Shown: positions 31,057 to 46,370 of the stretch, in pieces
Numbering within the stretch: position 1 is the first letter of the stretch
Layout of the letters: every line of letters starts with the position of its first letter
Origin: the human T2T-CHM13v2.0 reference genome, Homo sapiens
Length of the DNA stretch: 64,000 bases
Reading direction: 5' to 3' (one strand)
Assembly (NCBI RefSeq): GCF_009914755.1
Contig: NC_060944.1
Translations under genes and position numbers: made by a program
Notes under the pieces: model-generated
Databases searched by the model: none
The model's input: only the letters and a program-made list of their open reading frames with translations
Told to the model about the DNA's origin: nothing

Positions 31057-33320
31057 TTCTCAGAGAAAAATGTAGGTATTTCTGTTTTAACTTAACTGTA
31101 AACTACTGAACTAATTTAGCTTAATCTTTTGAATACAAGTTCAATTTATGAGGCCAGTGACTATCAAAAAATTTAAGCTGAAAAATAATGGGAAAACCAC
31201 TCAACTCACCAAAATTCTGTTTTTCATTAAAATCTGAGTTTGTGACAAATGTGGCTTTGTAAAAAATAGCTCTGGTGAATGCTACTATTAATGTACTTGA
31301 TGACATTTCTTTATGATGTTTTCCCAAGGGAGCAATTTGATTGGTATAGAGAAAAATTTCAAAAGAAGGTTTCCTTCTGTGTCATGATCTAAGACACGAA
31401 TTTCACGTGCAGACAAACAAATATTGGAGTGATCAGGCTGGTTGGTCTGTCGGGTCTTTATAGCCAAGGTTAATTCTAATTACATGACTGGCTGCAAATT
31501 TGCCCTTTCCTCTCCCACCAATGCAGAAGCAGACAAAAGATGGCTATTGGAACACAACAGTTCACAGTAACATTCTCTGCCATAACCTCTAAATGTGCAG
31601 ACAAAAATGTTAAAGGGGCTAGCAATTAAATTATTTTTATTAATTAAGGATGGGCCAGCATGAAATCAAATCACCCAATTAGTTCAGCAAGAACTTGAAT
31701 AAACCCAGTCATCAGGAATATCCTACATGGAATATCTGAATGATGGACGGAGTTGAAGGAGTTGACTTAATTAGAAAGCTTTTTCAGCCTTCCTAGGGCA
31801 ACGAAACTTCTTTTAAAGTCTACATGTGCAATAAAGTAAGCTTAATGTAGCTTGGACTTAAGCTTAGACAGCATAAGAAAAGGGTTCCAACCACCACTTC
31901 TGGGACCGGACCACCAAGATGTGATTCCCATTTCTACTCCTTGGAGCTGGATGGCTTTGGATAAATTCTGTAACCCCCCTGTTCCTTTTATCTTTCTTCT
32001 ATAAAATAGGAATAATAAACATGTCTACTTTACAGTATTGTGAAGAGGACCAAATGAATTAATTTTTGCTTAGAGTAATCAGCACAGTATGTGCTTAATA
32101 AACGTGGTTATCATGTATGCTATAATCGGCTTTGGCTATTCTTAACAATTCATCAACATAATTTCTCTAGCTACCACACATGAGCAGTCCTACCCCCAGT
32201 ATAATCATCTGGTGGCCTTGGGGAAGTCACTTATTGCCAGTGAACTTTGTGGGATTAAAAGGCTATTCTCGCATGGTGACCTCTGCTTTTAAATCAAAGT
32301 AGCTAAAGCACATGGAATGCTGCCTGGTAAATAAATAGTAGAGACGCACAGTCTGAAGCAGAATGGTGGAATAAAACATACTAATAAAGTTTTTAAAATA
32401 AAAATATAAGAAAAAAGGGAGAGAGAGAAAAAAATACCACTAGGGTTCAAATAAAGGAAAGGGCCCACTACTCAAATCAACATCTTTAAAAAGAGGCAAG
32501 GTTGGAGACATTAGAGGCTCTGGCGTCTTCCCCACCACCTCCTAAATGCACCCCTTGCCTCTATTCTACCCCTGTAACGGAGATTAGAGATTGTGAGTGA
32601 ATGCCTATCTTCTACGGGAAGAAATGTGCACTTGGAGGGTATGAGGGCAATCTGGTGACTATATGAAGTATCTTCATTATAAATCCTAACAAACGGAAGA
32701 GAGAAGATTCGAATATATAATACAAGAAAATGTTACCTGAATGAAAGCAATTTGAACTAGCCAATTTATTGAATGTGTTATATAATGTGTTCTAGAACAA
32801 ATGAATACATGACAGAAAACACAGATATATCTTACAAAAATTGCAACTTCAAAGATCAAGATAATTTTCTTAGGAATACAAGTAGAAAAAGAAAACTGAG
32901 TATGAGGATGAAAATTAAAACTGGCCATGGACTTAGCTACGGTAACATCTATCACCAGTGGTAATATAGCAATGTCTTCAAGTTATTTGGGATGGTGGTG
33001 GGTAGGTAAGGTAGGGGTTCATGTAAAAATTCTAAACTAAGTCAAGAGAGCACACTTACTTGATGCCAACTGAATTATATGCAAACATTCAAAAGTTATA
33101 GCTTTTATGATTAAATTGCTTAATATTTTTAAATCACTTTGTGGCATATAGAAAGTGTTATGTAACTGTTAGTTAATTCATTAAATAAGAAAAAAATGAA
33201 TCTCATGAAGTCCATAAGCTCTTCTTAATAAAATCTACCTTAACAAGGGAAGCCCTGATAAGACTATAAATGTGTGTGCTAAACCTATTTACATACAGAA
33301 TTAAAATTAAATCAATGTGG

Positions 33321-33635
<315 letters not shown>

Positions 33636-33910
33636 TAATCATTGTAAGAAATATGATTTCAGAATGTATACATTCTAATTTGCAAAAATGCAAAAATAAT
33701 AATAGAGCAACAGGATATCAGGAAGTAAGGGGGCAGAGCTGGGAAGATGTGTCAGTGTACTCATTTCCCCACTTTTGTATGGAGAATGAGTAGATTATAT
33801 CTAAAGTAGACAAATCATGAAATAGAGCTTCCTCTTATCCATGTGTTCAACTAGTGTTTTTGAAGACCACCATGTGCCAGGCACTGTTTTAAGTGGTATG
33901 GATGTAACTA

Positions 33911-34123
33911 TGGTAATTCTTCATTTAATATCATTGGTAGGTTCTTAGAAATGGTGACTTTAAGCCAAATGAGGTACAGCAGGTTCTGTAATAACATGGT
34001 TCCATTCAAAGTCATTTTATTATAATTTTATGAGAAAAAAATGTTTTTCTTATACCTCTCTTCACTTACGGTTGCAGTTTCCAAGAACCTATTGACATGG
34101 TAAGTAAGGAAGGACTTTCTGTA
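33911..34123. mobile_element. MER6-like TcMar-Tigger MITE
   Basis: Inverted ends taggttcttagaaa / tttccaagaaccta; internal tacagcaggt..taataac. Confidence 0.6.
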
Positions 34124-34828
34124 CAAACAAGACATGCAAGATCCCTGCTCCTTCACACTTTATCCTCTAGTAGAAAGAGACTAGCCAATGCAACTAGTTA
34201 AGATAAAAAGAAATGGATGGACAGGTCAATGAAAGACTCTCAAACATAAGTGGGATACTATATGACAAATGTCATTTCAAACTAGTAATAATAGATAATT
34301 CAATAAATGTGATGGGAAGCTGGCAAATGAAAATAAATTTCAGATGAGTCACGGATTTAAAGATCAGTGATTAATCCATTAAAATAGTGTGAGAAAGCAT
34401 TGGTAAATGTATAATCTTGGAGAATGAAAATACCTTTTAATTTAAGGCAGACAGCACAGAAATCGCAAAGCTAAAGATGAGTACATTTAATTACATCAAC
34501 ATTTGAATTTTCTGTACAAAAAATATATAATAAGATCATAATACAGTCAATAGATGGAAAAATATTTATAACACATTTCTGAGACAGGACACATTTCTTT
34601 AATAGATAAAATTCCTGTAAAAATAATTTTAAAAAGTAGGTGTGATAATAGTAATACAATTTTTTTTTTGCTTGCTTTTTAAGTTAATGAGGAAAAGGCG
34701 AACAAGCCAGAAAAGTGGGCAAAGAATCTGGTAAAAGCAAACCGAAATATAATAGCTAGTAAGTAGAAGGTAAGATTTTCAGCCCCATTCATAATAAAAA
34801 GAAATGCAAGTTAAAATAAGGCAGAATT

Positions 34829-35154
<326 letters not shown>

Positions 35155-35424
35155 TTACTAACATTTGATGGTGTCCAAAGCTGATGTGAATTCCATTGAG
35201 GATAGAGTAAATCAGCACATACTTTTGTGAAATGCGATTCATGTACAATCTTTAAATTTTTTTTTAATGCACATTTTCTGACCCAGAAAATCTATTGTTA
35301 GAAATGTCCCCTCTGGGTATATTAGTAAAATTGTTTATAAATGTATTAATTAAAACATTCTTATAAGAGCAGAAAGAAAAAAAAAACTGGAAATAGCTGA
35401 ATGTCCATCAGGAGGAGAAATTAA

Positions 35425-35790
<366 letters not shown>

Positions 35791-36137
35791 AAGACATATT
35801 TATTTAAAAAAAATCAAAACCCTAGGAAGATGTGGATATTACTGACTGCGATGTCAGACCTTTGTGCAAAGGTTTATACACAAATATACACACATGTACA
35901 TCTGTGCATTTGCCTTGATTCTCCTGTTTAAATATGCATGTTAGCCCTGTTTACCTTTAGAAACAAAGTCTTTTATTAGTATTTATTATTTTATTTTAAT
36001 TTTATATATTTTGGCATTTTAAAAAATTTTTGACATGTGTATATCATTATTTTTTAAGTTAACAGAGGTCATCTGGGTAAGAGAACTATGAGTCATTATA
36101 TTTTTCTTTCTTTACTTTTCTCAATTAAAAATACTTT

Positions 36138-36293
36138 GGCTAACTATGGTTACTCACGCCTGTAATCCCAGCAATTTGGGAAGCTGAGGCAGGAGGATTG
36201 CTTGAGCCCAGGAGTTCAAGGCTTCAGTCAGCTAGGATCATGCCACTGCACTCCAGCCTGGGCAACCAAGTGAGACCCTGTCTTAAAAAAAAA
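36138..36293 (+). mobile_element. Free Alu monomer (FRAM-like)
   Basis: Single arm with A-tail; flanked by aaaa(t/a)acttt. Confidence 0.8.
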
Positions 36294-36644
36294 CTTTAAA
36301 ATATTATTTAAAATAAAATATGATGTCATTATTGTTTAATTTTTAATAGTTTATAAACTTCTCACGTTAAAATGAGAGAGAATTCCCTAAAATATTCAGC
36401 TCTTTTGTAAACTAGGAGCAACATATTTGGTTTACTATGTGAGACATGTCTTGGGGGCTAAAGAAGACTAGCATTTGCCATTTGTCTTGGGGGTGGGGTC
36501 CAGTTGCATTCTCCTCCTTTGCTGATGGCAGCCTGGCCCACATAGTAAGACAGTGGCCTTCTTCTCCTAGATCTCCTTCTCCAACTCTGAACCTGCTTCT
36601 TCCAAAGCAAGGCCTTTCAAATTTATTAAAAACAGAAATGTCAG

Positions 36645-37915
36645 CAAGTATTTTCTCCCATTATATAGGTTGCCTTTTCATTTTGTTGATCCTTTTTCTT
36701 CTGAGCAGAAGCTTAGTGGTTTGATGTAGTCCTACTTGTTTATTTTTGCTTTTGTTGCCTATGCTATCAAAAAAATTATTGCCAAGACCAATGTCAATGA
36801 GCTTTCCCCCCTGTGTTTTCCTCTAGGAGTTTCATGGTTTCAGACCTTACATTTAAGTCCTAATCTTATGGTATATGGTATAAGACAAGGATCCAGTTTT
36901 ATTCTTTTGCCTGTGTATGTTTGGTTTCCCAACACCATTTATTGATGATAATTTCCTTTCCCCATTATTTATTCTTGGTGCCTTTGTCAAAGATCAGTTA
37001 ACTATATGTGTGTGGATTTATTTCTGTGCTCTTTATTCTGTTTCATTGGTCTCTGTGTCTGTTTTTATGTCAGTACCATATTGTTTTGATTACCATAGCT
37101 TTGCAATATAGTTTGAAGTAAGAGACTGTGCTGCTCCCAGCTGTGTTCTTTTTTCTCAAAATTGCTTTGGCTATCCAGGTCTTTTGTTGTTCCATACAAA
37201 TGTCAAGATTTTTTTTCTATTTCTTTGAAAAATGACATTGGAATTTTGATAGATTACATTGAATATGTACATGGCTTTAGGTAGTATACACTTTTTAACA
37301 ATATTAATTCTTCTAGTCCATAAACACAGGATAGCTTTACATTTAATGTTTTCTTCAATTTATTTCATCAATGTTTTATAGTTTAAAGTGTACATATCTT
37401 TCACCTCCTTGGTTAAATTTCTTGCAGCATTTTTCACAGCAGCCAAGATATGGAAACAAACTAAACACCCATCCAGGGATAAGTGGGTAAAGAAATTATG
37501 GTACATATAAACAATGAACTATTACTCAGCCTTTAAAAAGAAGAAGATCAGGTCATTTGTGACAACATGGATGAAACTGGAGGATGTTATGCTAAGTGAA
37601 ATAAGCTAGACACATAAAGACATATACTGTATGATCTCACTTATATTGTGGAACCCAAAAAAATTAAACTCATAAAACCAGAGAGTAGAATGATGGTTGC
37701 CAGGGATTGAGGGGTTGAAGAAGGTAATGGGAAGATGTTGGTCAAAGGGTACAAACTTTAAAATACAAGATGAACAAGTTTTGGGGATCTCATGCACAGC
37801 AGGAATGGTGATGGGTATGTTAATATGACAGTGGTAATCACTGTAAAATGTATATGTACATCAGGTCATCATGGTGTACACCTTAAATATATTTAAACTT
37901 TGTCAATTAAATACT
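36645..37915. mobile_element. L1MA-type insertion with 5' inversion (36645-37421 minus; 37423-37915 plus)
   Basis: Antisense ORF2 piece abuts a sense ORF2-end/3'UTR piece at ggttaaatttct|tgcagcatttttcacagc. Confidence 0.8.
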
Positions 37916-38276
37916 AAATATATAAAATATAAGTAAATATTTTTTAAAACAAGAAAAATCCCAGATATGCCTGGAGGCTTTCCTATTAGGGTAGACTTGG
38001 TGGGGAGACCATAGTGCTCAGAAAACAGTGTGGAGCACAGCAAGAAAAGTAACTCAGAATACAATTCTGAAAGTGTTCATTAAAGCACACTCAATGTAGA
38101 ATTAATTAGGTGTTCATTTTATGGTTAATCCACCTCACTCAAGTTATTTCAAAAAGAGATAGAAAGACAACTGGAGAAAAGCTGTTCACATTCAGTTCCT
38201 TTTGTGGCTTAATTGAAGCTAGAAGCCAAATCATCAAAACAGGGGAATCGCCCAGTTTTGATTTTTAACTACTGAT

Positions 38277-38624
38277 TGATATGGTTTGACTCTGTGTCCG
38301 GACCCAAATTGTAAACCCCACATGTTGAGGGGGAGAGCTGGTGGGAGGTGATTGGATCATGGGGACAGTTTCACCCATGCTGTTCTTGTGATAGTGAGTG
38401 AGTTCTCATGATATCTGGTTCTTTGATAAATGTGTGGCGCTTCCCCCCACAACCTCTCCTGCTGCCTTGTGAAGAATGTGCTTGCTTCTCCTTTGCGCTC
38501 CACCACGACCGTAAGTTTCCTGAGGCCTCCCCATCCATGCAGAACTGTGAGTCAATTAAACCTCCTTTATAAATTACCCAGTCTCAGGTAGTTCTTGAAA
38601 GCAGTGTGAGAACAGACTAATACA
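38277..38624 (+). mobile_element. THE1 (THE1D-like) MaLR solo LTR
   Basis: tgatatggtttg...gtgtgagaacagactaataca; perfect 5-bp TSD CTGAT at 38272-38276 and 38625-38629. Confidence 0.9.
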
Positions 38625-39939
38625 CTGATGTAGGACATGAAACAAGAGTCAATTGATCTAAAAGTTGCTTCCTATCTAAAAGTGCTTCATTTGTTTATTG
38701 CTGAAAATGAAAGAGGACATGTGGGAATGCAATTCAGACATCTCCTGGTAGCTCCATAATGAAAATCACTTAAAATATATGACCGAGGTAAATTTTGGCA
38801 AATACATCTATACTTAAAATAGCCAAATAGTTCTAGTTCTGTCTGATTCTATGTTTGGCACTTTGGGACACTGTATTTGCTCTCTAACTAAAGTGAGGTA
38901 AATCCAAATTTACTCTGAACTAGATAAGAACACTCAAATGATCAGAGATCTTTTCTCCCTATAATGCTTTCATGAGAAATGAACAAACAAGTAGATTTGA
39001 TTTCTCTTTTTCTCTCCCTCCCTCACTCCCTCCTTCCCTCCCTGTCTTACTCCTTCCTTCCTTGATTTCTTCCTTCCTTCCTTCTTTGCAACAACCACTC
39101 CATAGTGTCTCAAATGGTAGAACAAATATAACACAATTTCTATATTTTTCCTGATTAACAGCTGGTACAAAGATAATACTTGGCCATAAACATGTCTCTG
39201 AGGTTTTCATTATAGAAAGCTAACCAAACTTAAAATTTTCAAAAATAAACTAAATTGTATTCAGGGATATTTTATTATAATTGTGTATGAGGTACATATA
39301 AGTAAATCATAAAATTTAATTTGCATTTCACCTTTAAGTTGTTGTGTATTTCATCAGCATTCATTCCTCACTATATTAAAGTAACTAACTTCCCTGGAGC
39401 TCCATCTTTTCTGCCTACTTAGTAGTTTACTTGTGTAATAAGACATTGAAACAGTAAGCTGCTGAATCAATACCAAGTAAGCAAAAATCAGCTGCAAGAA
39501 ATGCAGATCTATTGCTAACATTAATTTTTAAGGCATTTAATGAAATTATAGCTGTTTTCCCTAATGGTCTTATAACTTATTCTACTCTGGATCACACCAA
39601 ATACTGCCTGTTAGCCACTTTATACATGCAAATTGGTCTTTTATTAATGAATTGTTTAAACCAAAAAAATGGCTCCCTAATAACCTAAAAATGATTAGCC
39701 TCACTTTGTAAAAATACAGCTTACCTATTTGATATACACCTACTGGCATGAATGATCTTAAGAGACTAATTTTCAGGATATAATAATAATTGACAATTGT
39801 GGGAATTGACAATTTGGATTCTGGAAACTAAATGAGTATTTTTTTTTCAAGAATTTTCTCAATCTCTATGCATTTATAAGTAGAACATGTTCCTGCTTCT
39901 GTATTTTCTATGCTATCATTTCAACTCCTTTTTCATTCC

Positions 39940-40560
39940 TTATAGACCATTAAGTTCCACCAGATCTTACCATTTCAATCTCTTAACAGCCTTCTCCTTC
40001 ACCCCATGCTTCCGCTGAGTGCAAGTACTCTCTATCTCTTGCTTAAACAATTATAACAGCCTTTTAATTTATCCTTCTGCCTGTAATCTGGCTGTATTCC
40101 AAGCCATCATGCTCACTTCTACTGAAGAGATTTTTCTCAAAAGCAAAGTAGAGCCTACAAGGAAAAGTCCAAATTCCTTTGCCCAGCAAAATATTGGCAC
40201 CCCTTTCTCCTCTTCTGTGCTGTCATACTGAGCTGCTGATCATTTCTTTAATGCATCTTGATGTTTCATGCTTTTCTGCCTTTACCCCTGCTGTTCCTTC
40301 TGCCTGGAATTCCCTCCCCCCACCTTGTCTATCTGCCCAACACCTGCTCAGTTTTCATGATCCAACTCAAGTGCTATGTCCTCCCAGGAAACCTTTTCTG
40401 ACCTTCAGCTGTAGGTGGTAACTCTATTCTTGGTTCAATTTCTGTACCTTGTATAAACTTCTGTTTGGTTGATTTTTATACATCGCCATATTCATCTTTG
40501 TAGCTCCGGAAACTTAGCAGTGCTTGGAAAAGTGAAAGTCATTGAATGAATAAATAAAGC
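39940..40560 (+). mobile_element. L2 LINE 3' fragment
   Basis: tgctgttccttctgcctggaat motif and terminal tgaatgaataaataaa. Confidence 0.65.
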
Positions 40561-40679
40561 AAGGGCAGGAGGAAACAGGTCTCCAAAGCCAACAGTTTTA
40601 TTTCATTTGTGGCAAAGTGCCATTCGATTTAAATTCAAAGCCATTTTGATAGGCACTATCTCAGTTCAACAGAAACTCC

Positions 40680-41095
40680 AGTGTTCATTTTGGGTTCCTC
40701 CAGAAGCTCACTGGATGGCAAGAGTTCAAGTACAAGTAAGATAGAGGGAGGTGAAAACACAATTAGGGGAATGGGAAGCTGAGGTAGGGAAGGGAAGGCA
40801 GCCTGTGAAGGATGCATTCTTAAGCCAGTTATCATTGTGGCTCACTGAGTCAGTTCAGATCATGCACCTCAGAATTACCCCTCCTAGAGGCAGATGGGGT
40901 ATTCATACGCTAACTCCCATTGGTCATTGATTGAGGGTTGCTCCTGGGACATATTAATTCTCTAGGGCATCTGGCCAGCAGCATGTGGGCAGAATAAACT
41001 GCACCAAATGGGAAAAGCCCTTAGTTGGCAATCAGGTATGCACTGGGATGGTCAGGGCTGAGGGGGCTGTGGTAGACCTTGACATGGCAGCTACA
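40680..41095 (-). mobile_element. LTR16-like ERVL LTR
   Basis: gggttcctccagaagc..gagttcaagtacaagta...agggaagggaaggcagcc. Confidence 0.5.
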
Positions 41096-43044
41096 TCTGG
41101 TCTTTGATGCCATTGAGTGGTCATTGTAAATATAACAGGATAAAATGTGATATTTCTCATAATCTCTCAGCTTACATATACCTCAGACTATTTGCTCAGT
41201 TCAATATTAATTAGGGAAAGGAGCAGAACATTTTGTTCCTCATTACATTAAGACAATTTGTGAAATATGTCCAGGGTGAGAATATCCACTAAAAAACACT
41301 GTCAAAGTGATTCTCTTGGGTTGCTATTGTTCAATCTGAGTATGTTGTAATCATAATTCTAAAGTCATTATGCTCAAACCCTTTTTGCCTTTGCCAAATT
41401 ATCTCACCTGAATTAACAGGTAACCAAGATGAAAATAATTTACAATTTACAATTGGTCCCATTAAGGACCTGTAGAGAGACGCACATGACTGACAGCTCA
41501 AATATAACTATGCCAGGCTGCTAGGCTTTGTGTGGCCCAACAAGCTGTGAAAGGCACAGAAATATGCAAATCAGTAGATGACGAATCCCTAGGTATTAAT
41601 TAGAACTTACAAATATATTATTCTCCTGGAAGATTTTGTCTTGTAAAGAGGAAATGACCACACAGAAATTCTCCAGCAAAGCCAATATATAAACTCTTCG
41701 TTGATTTTGTTGAAGTTCTCTAGAGAACTTCAACTATTTAAAGAACTATTTAGAGACACTTTTCACCTACTGATAATGCCTTCTTTTTACTTTCTTTTTT
41801 GACTTGCATCACCTCCTCTGCTCTTGAATGTATTGCTTACTTATTGGAGATAAATATAAATCTGGGGAAATCACTCATAAAGAAGTAACTCCAACAGTTG
41901 TATCAATAACTGAAGTTTCATTTGTCAACTGATTATTTTTTTTTCTGTGATACAATCAGATCTTTTCTGAATCCTGCACTTAAAACATTTTAAAAACTTG
42001 AGGGCACTTTGAATTAAACCACCAATTAGTTTTACTTTTTTAATAAACATTTCTGATCTCAAGCAGCTTACAATCAAGGAAAGGACCTAACTATTTTATA
42101 TGTACTTAGCCTCCTAGTAACTCCTAATTATTCAAATAAATGTTTTTGAGAATAAAAAAGATAAAATATTTCAATGTACCAGTAAGTTAAATCAAACTTA
42201 AAAGCATTTATAAAAGTTTACTGAGATGTATCACTCTGATAGCTACTACCAATTCATACAAAGAAAGTTTAAGAAATTAAGACAATTACAAATAAATGTG
42301 TCAGGGGAAAGGAAGCTCAAGACCACTATGAGATAGATAACAAATAGTGTTAAAAGTTGCATAGACAAAGTATGGAATGGGATTTCAGAGAAGAGAAAGA
42401 GCTGAGATCTGGAAATGTCAGGGAGGGCTTTATGGAGTGACCACAGGTCCTGTGTGCCTGGGACAGTTCTTGTTGACCCCTGTTATTCCAGTGTATTCAC
42501 ATCTTCACATTTCACTCTTAAAAAAACCTATCTGTTTGTATGACAGATTATTGGGTCTCTTCATTCACAAAGCGAAATGGAAAGAAACAATAGGATTGGG
42601 ACTGCTATGGAAAATGGTAGTGGCCCCGAGGGTAATAAAGGGCATGAGTAGAAGTCACCAGGGTGGATATGAACGTCATGTGCAGGAGACACAAAGAGCC
42701 TGTACTTGCTGTATTAGAATTCCTCTTGGGAGATAAATGAGATGAAGATAGCTGGGTATGGAGGAGCAACATTGTGGGGGGGGTATTCCTGAAGATCCAG
42801 CTCAGACAGAAACAAGATCTTATTTTCCTATTTTCAAGTCACTAGAAATGCACTTGCCCATTCATGTTATTTTCTATTAGCTTTCCATTCAAAGTCCTAC
42901 ACATATACGATAACTGGTGTCCTGGATTGGAAGAGAAAAGAATTTTCCAGGTATCTGTCATCTCCACAGAAATGCTTTGTCTTTGCAGTGCTTAGGTTGC
43001 CACTCCTGTCCTCTTTGAGAGTGAACTCTGAAGAAGCTGTGTTC

Positions 43045-43245
43045 GGGAAGGGGAACATCACACACCGGGGCCTGTCGTGGGGTGGGGGCAGGGGGGAGGG
43101 ATAGCATTAGGAGATATACCTAATGTAAATGATGAGTTAATGGGTGCAGCACACCAACATGGCACATGTATACATATGTGACAAACCTGCACGTTGTGCA
43201 CATGTACCCTAGAACTTAAAGTATAATAAAAAAAAAAAAAAAAAA
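43045..43245 (+). mobile_element. Severely 5'-truncated primate L1 (L1PA4-like 3' end) with TSD
   Basis: ggagggatagcattaggagatatacctaatgtaaatga...ccctagaacttaaagtataataaa plus A-tail; TSD gaagaagYtgtgttc at 43030-43044 and 43246-43260. Confidence 0.92.
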
Positions 43246-44811
43246 GAAGAAGTTGTGTTCTGGGTTGGAAGTGATGACCTTCCAACAGATCACTGTTAAG
43301 TTCAAATGAAGAGGAACCCTCCAGCAAATGGTTACAGATAAGACTTTAAGTCCGCCTCATTGGCGAAGAGTCACCTCTGCATAGCTAGCTCTGTCCCAGG
43401 ATGGAGGGCCAGAAACCAGGAAAGAGAAAGGCTGGGAGGCTCAGGTGATTTGCTGGGATGAAAGTTATCTTGAGAATAAGTTAATATATAGGAAAAGTCT
43501 CAGGCGTTTCCACATTTGAGCAAACATCTTCTAGGCAATAACTGGGCTTCTACCACAAGGGCTGATTTCAAAGATCTATTTGAGGATGAAGACTCCTTGC
43601 TATCATATTGAAGAAATTGAGAACATTTGCCAGATGAGCCCAAAGGGCCATATAGTGAGGAGTTGATCAAATTTATTGTTCAGGTGGAAACTTGAGTTCT
43701 TCTAAGTCAACTCGTTCCTACAAGTGTCAGTCATGTTCGTTCAATTTTTTAAAGTCTCTCTTTTGACCCTAGCTTCCCTCATTATTTGAATTTTTTTAAA
43801 CAGCCAAATTACATATACCCCAAAGTTATTCCCCACTCTGACTCAGCTTCCTTTCCTTCCACTCCCACATCAACCCCACTAGCCTTGCTCCACTTCATTC
43901 TTCTTCTATATCTGCAATCTAGAAACCTCACCAAGGAGCTGCAAACTTTTCATCTATTTGTTCCACACTCCTCACCATCATTTAAGACTGCAGATGAGCT
44001 TCTTCTTCTGAGAACTCCTCTCTTATGAATTCTAAGACAAATCACCATTGTCTGCTTTTTATTTTTCGGAACACTTTTTCTGTGACATCTTCCATGCACT
44101 TCCTTGGCAATTTTTTCCTCTTCAAATGGTTAAGCCTTAGCTCAGAAATCTACAACTCAATTCCCTAATCCTTCTCCTGATCTCCAGGCCAGTGCCTAAT
44201 TATCACTCCAGAAGAACTCTATGAGGATATTTAACCAGAATTTTCTAGGTACTTCCAGAAAGAATCATCCCTGAGTCTCTTGTCAGGCTTTTGCTCATAC
44301 TCCCCCATGTTAAGGGCTCCACTAGTTTTTGTTTTTGTTTTTGTTTTTTTCACCTGGGCTCCAAACCCTACAGATACTGTTGGTTCTTTCCCTCTGCAAA
44401 ACTCTCCTACCCATCCACAAGGCACAACCTGCACATCCCATCTCCATTATAGCTTTCACTTTGGCTTATTTTTCATATGGACATTAGACCCCCGTTACCA
44501 CTTCTGTGCATAGTTACAAAAGCTAGGAACTGGTTCTACTACCTACAGTCTCTCACTGTACTTTCTACAGTGCGCTATTACTCTCTACCAAATGTGAGAT
44601 CTGTTTTTGTAACTTGCATCTCCAACATGCCATTCCTTTAGTAAAAACATTTCACTTTGGAGTAGGAGGCAAGAGTCCTAAGATCCTGTAGTCTGCCACT
44701 TTTCAAATCTTATGAGGTTGGATATTGTTTTTGTACCCAGAGATCCACAACATAAGGAGATCTACTCTTTTTCTTCCTCCGTGCCTGAGAGGCCGACTTC
44801 TATAGGCTGCA

Positions 44812-45344
44812 GAGACCGAGAGTCTGAGCATTTGGTGTGCAAGCTCTGAATACTCCCCTCCTCTTGAGTATGAGAAGTATCTATGAATATTATGAAATGT
44901 TACCCCTCTTATTGGGTTATGTTATAAGGTAACAGTGAAGGAATTTTTGCAGATGTAATTAAGATTCCTAATCAGTTGACTTCGAGTTAATCAAAAGACA
45001 GGTTATCCTGGGTAGGCTTAATATAATTATGTGACTTTTTAAAAGTAGTGTCTAGTAGTCAGAAAGACAGTCTCCTGCTGGCTTTGATGAAAAGAGCAAC
45101 CAGGAATGAGTTCTACAGCTGCAAGGAAGTGAATTCTGCCAACAACCACCAGAGCATGGAAGAGAACCCTGAGGCTTATATGAAACTGCAGCCCCTGTCA
45201 AAACTGATTACAGACTTAGAAGACCCTGAGAAGAGAACTAAGTTCTTTCTGCATTCCTGACCCACAAAACTCCAAGGTAATAAAATGGGCTTCAAGCCAC
45301 AAAGTTTATGGTCATTTATTACACAGCAATAGGTAACTAATACA
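44812..45344 (+). mobile_element. MLT1D/E-like LTR nested in an older LTR33-like element (about 44730-45660)
   Basis: tttgcagatgtaattaag..cctaatcagttgac and terminus aggtaactaataca. Confidence 0.65.
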
Positions 45345-46370
45345 CTTGCTCTTCTGGTCAAATTAGGCCAATGAGAGATGTCCACAGATGTTCAGAGAGT
45401 AAGAGAAAAGAAAGGTTGAGATATTTATTTGCCCCGCCAGCTCCCCAGCTTCTGTCAATGGCTTGCCTTCAGCTGTGGCTTTCTCTGGGCTCTAGCAACT
45501 ATCCCTTCTGCGTTCCTGGTTTGCCTACCCAATGTAGGGCCACAATACATCATGATCCCTTACCACTTTCTCTCAATTCTGCCCACAGTTTTGTACAATG
45601 TTCCTTTGTTCAACTCTTTTCAACTGCCCCTTTAGAATATGCCATCATTTCCCTACTGGGGCTCAGTCTAAAGAATAGTCTTAATTTCTAGTATAGTCTT
45701 ATCCCTATCCAACCCCACCTCCAAATTTGAACTACCTCTTTGTACTCCTCAAAACAACATCCTACATTTTTTTCACATGATGTCTTGGCTTTGAGTTGTT
45801 ACCACTGTATAGAATTGAGAGACCATAAGCATAGTGGGGCAAAAAGCCCCAAACTCCCAAAACATGAGTCTAGTGTAAGCTATGCCATTTGCTAGCCATG
45901 TGGCTTTGGAAAAATGACTTAACCTTTCCAAGCACAGTTTCTTCACCTGTAAAATAAGGGTAGTGACATTCACTGAGCAAGGTTTTTGTTCCACATTTCA
46001 GAAGTGAGTTGCTCTTCATTAAACCTGAAGCAATTGTTTCTCAACTCCCTTAAAGTTCTTATCTCATATGCCATATATTTTATATGTATTTACCCGTAAA
46101 CATGTTGCATTTCTTCCATTGAATTCTAAGTAAATTATGTGCAGAGATTATGTACTTTTGTATTAACTGGAGCCCAATAACATAGTGCCGTGGGCTTTGT
46201 AGTTGCTCAATAAATATTTGTAGACTGTATGTAAAAGGAAATACTATAGTTGACTCTTCACAGTCTATTTAACAGAAAGTCAAAACATTTTAATATCATT
46301 GACAAGGTATGCAAATGTATTAGTATATGATAATTAAATAATATGTAGTGGATATTTAAAACAATCGTAC

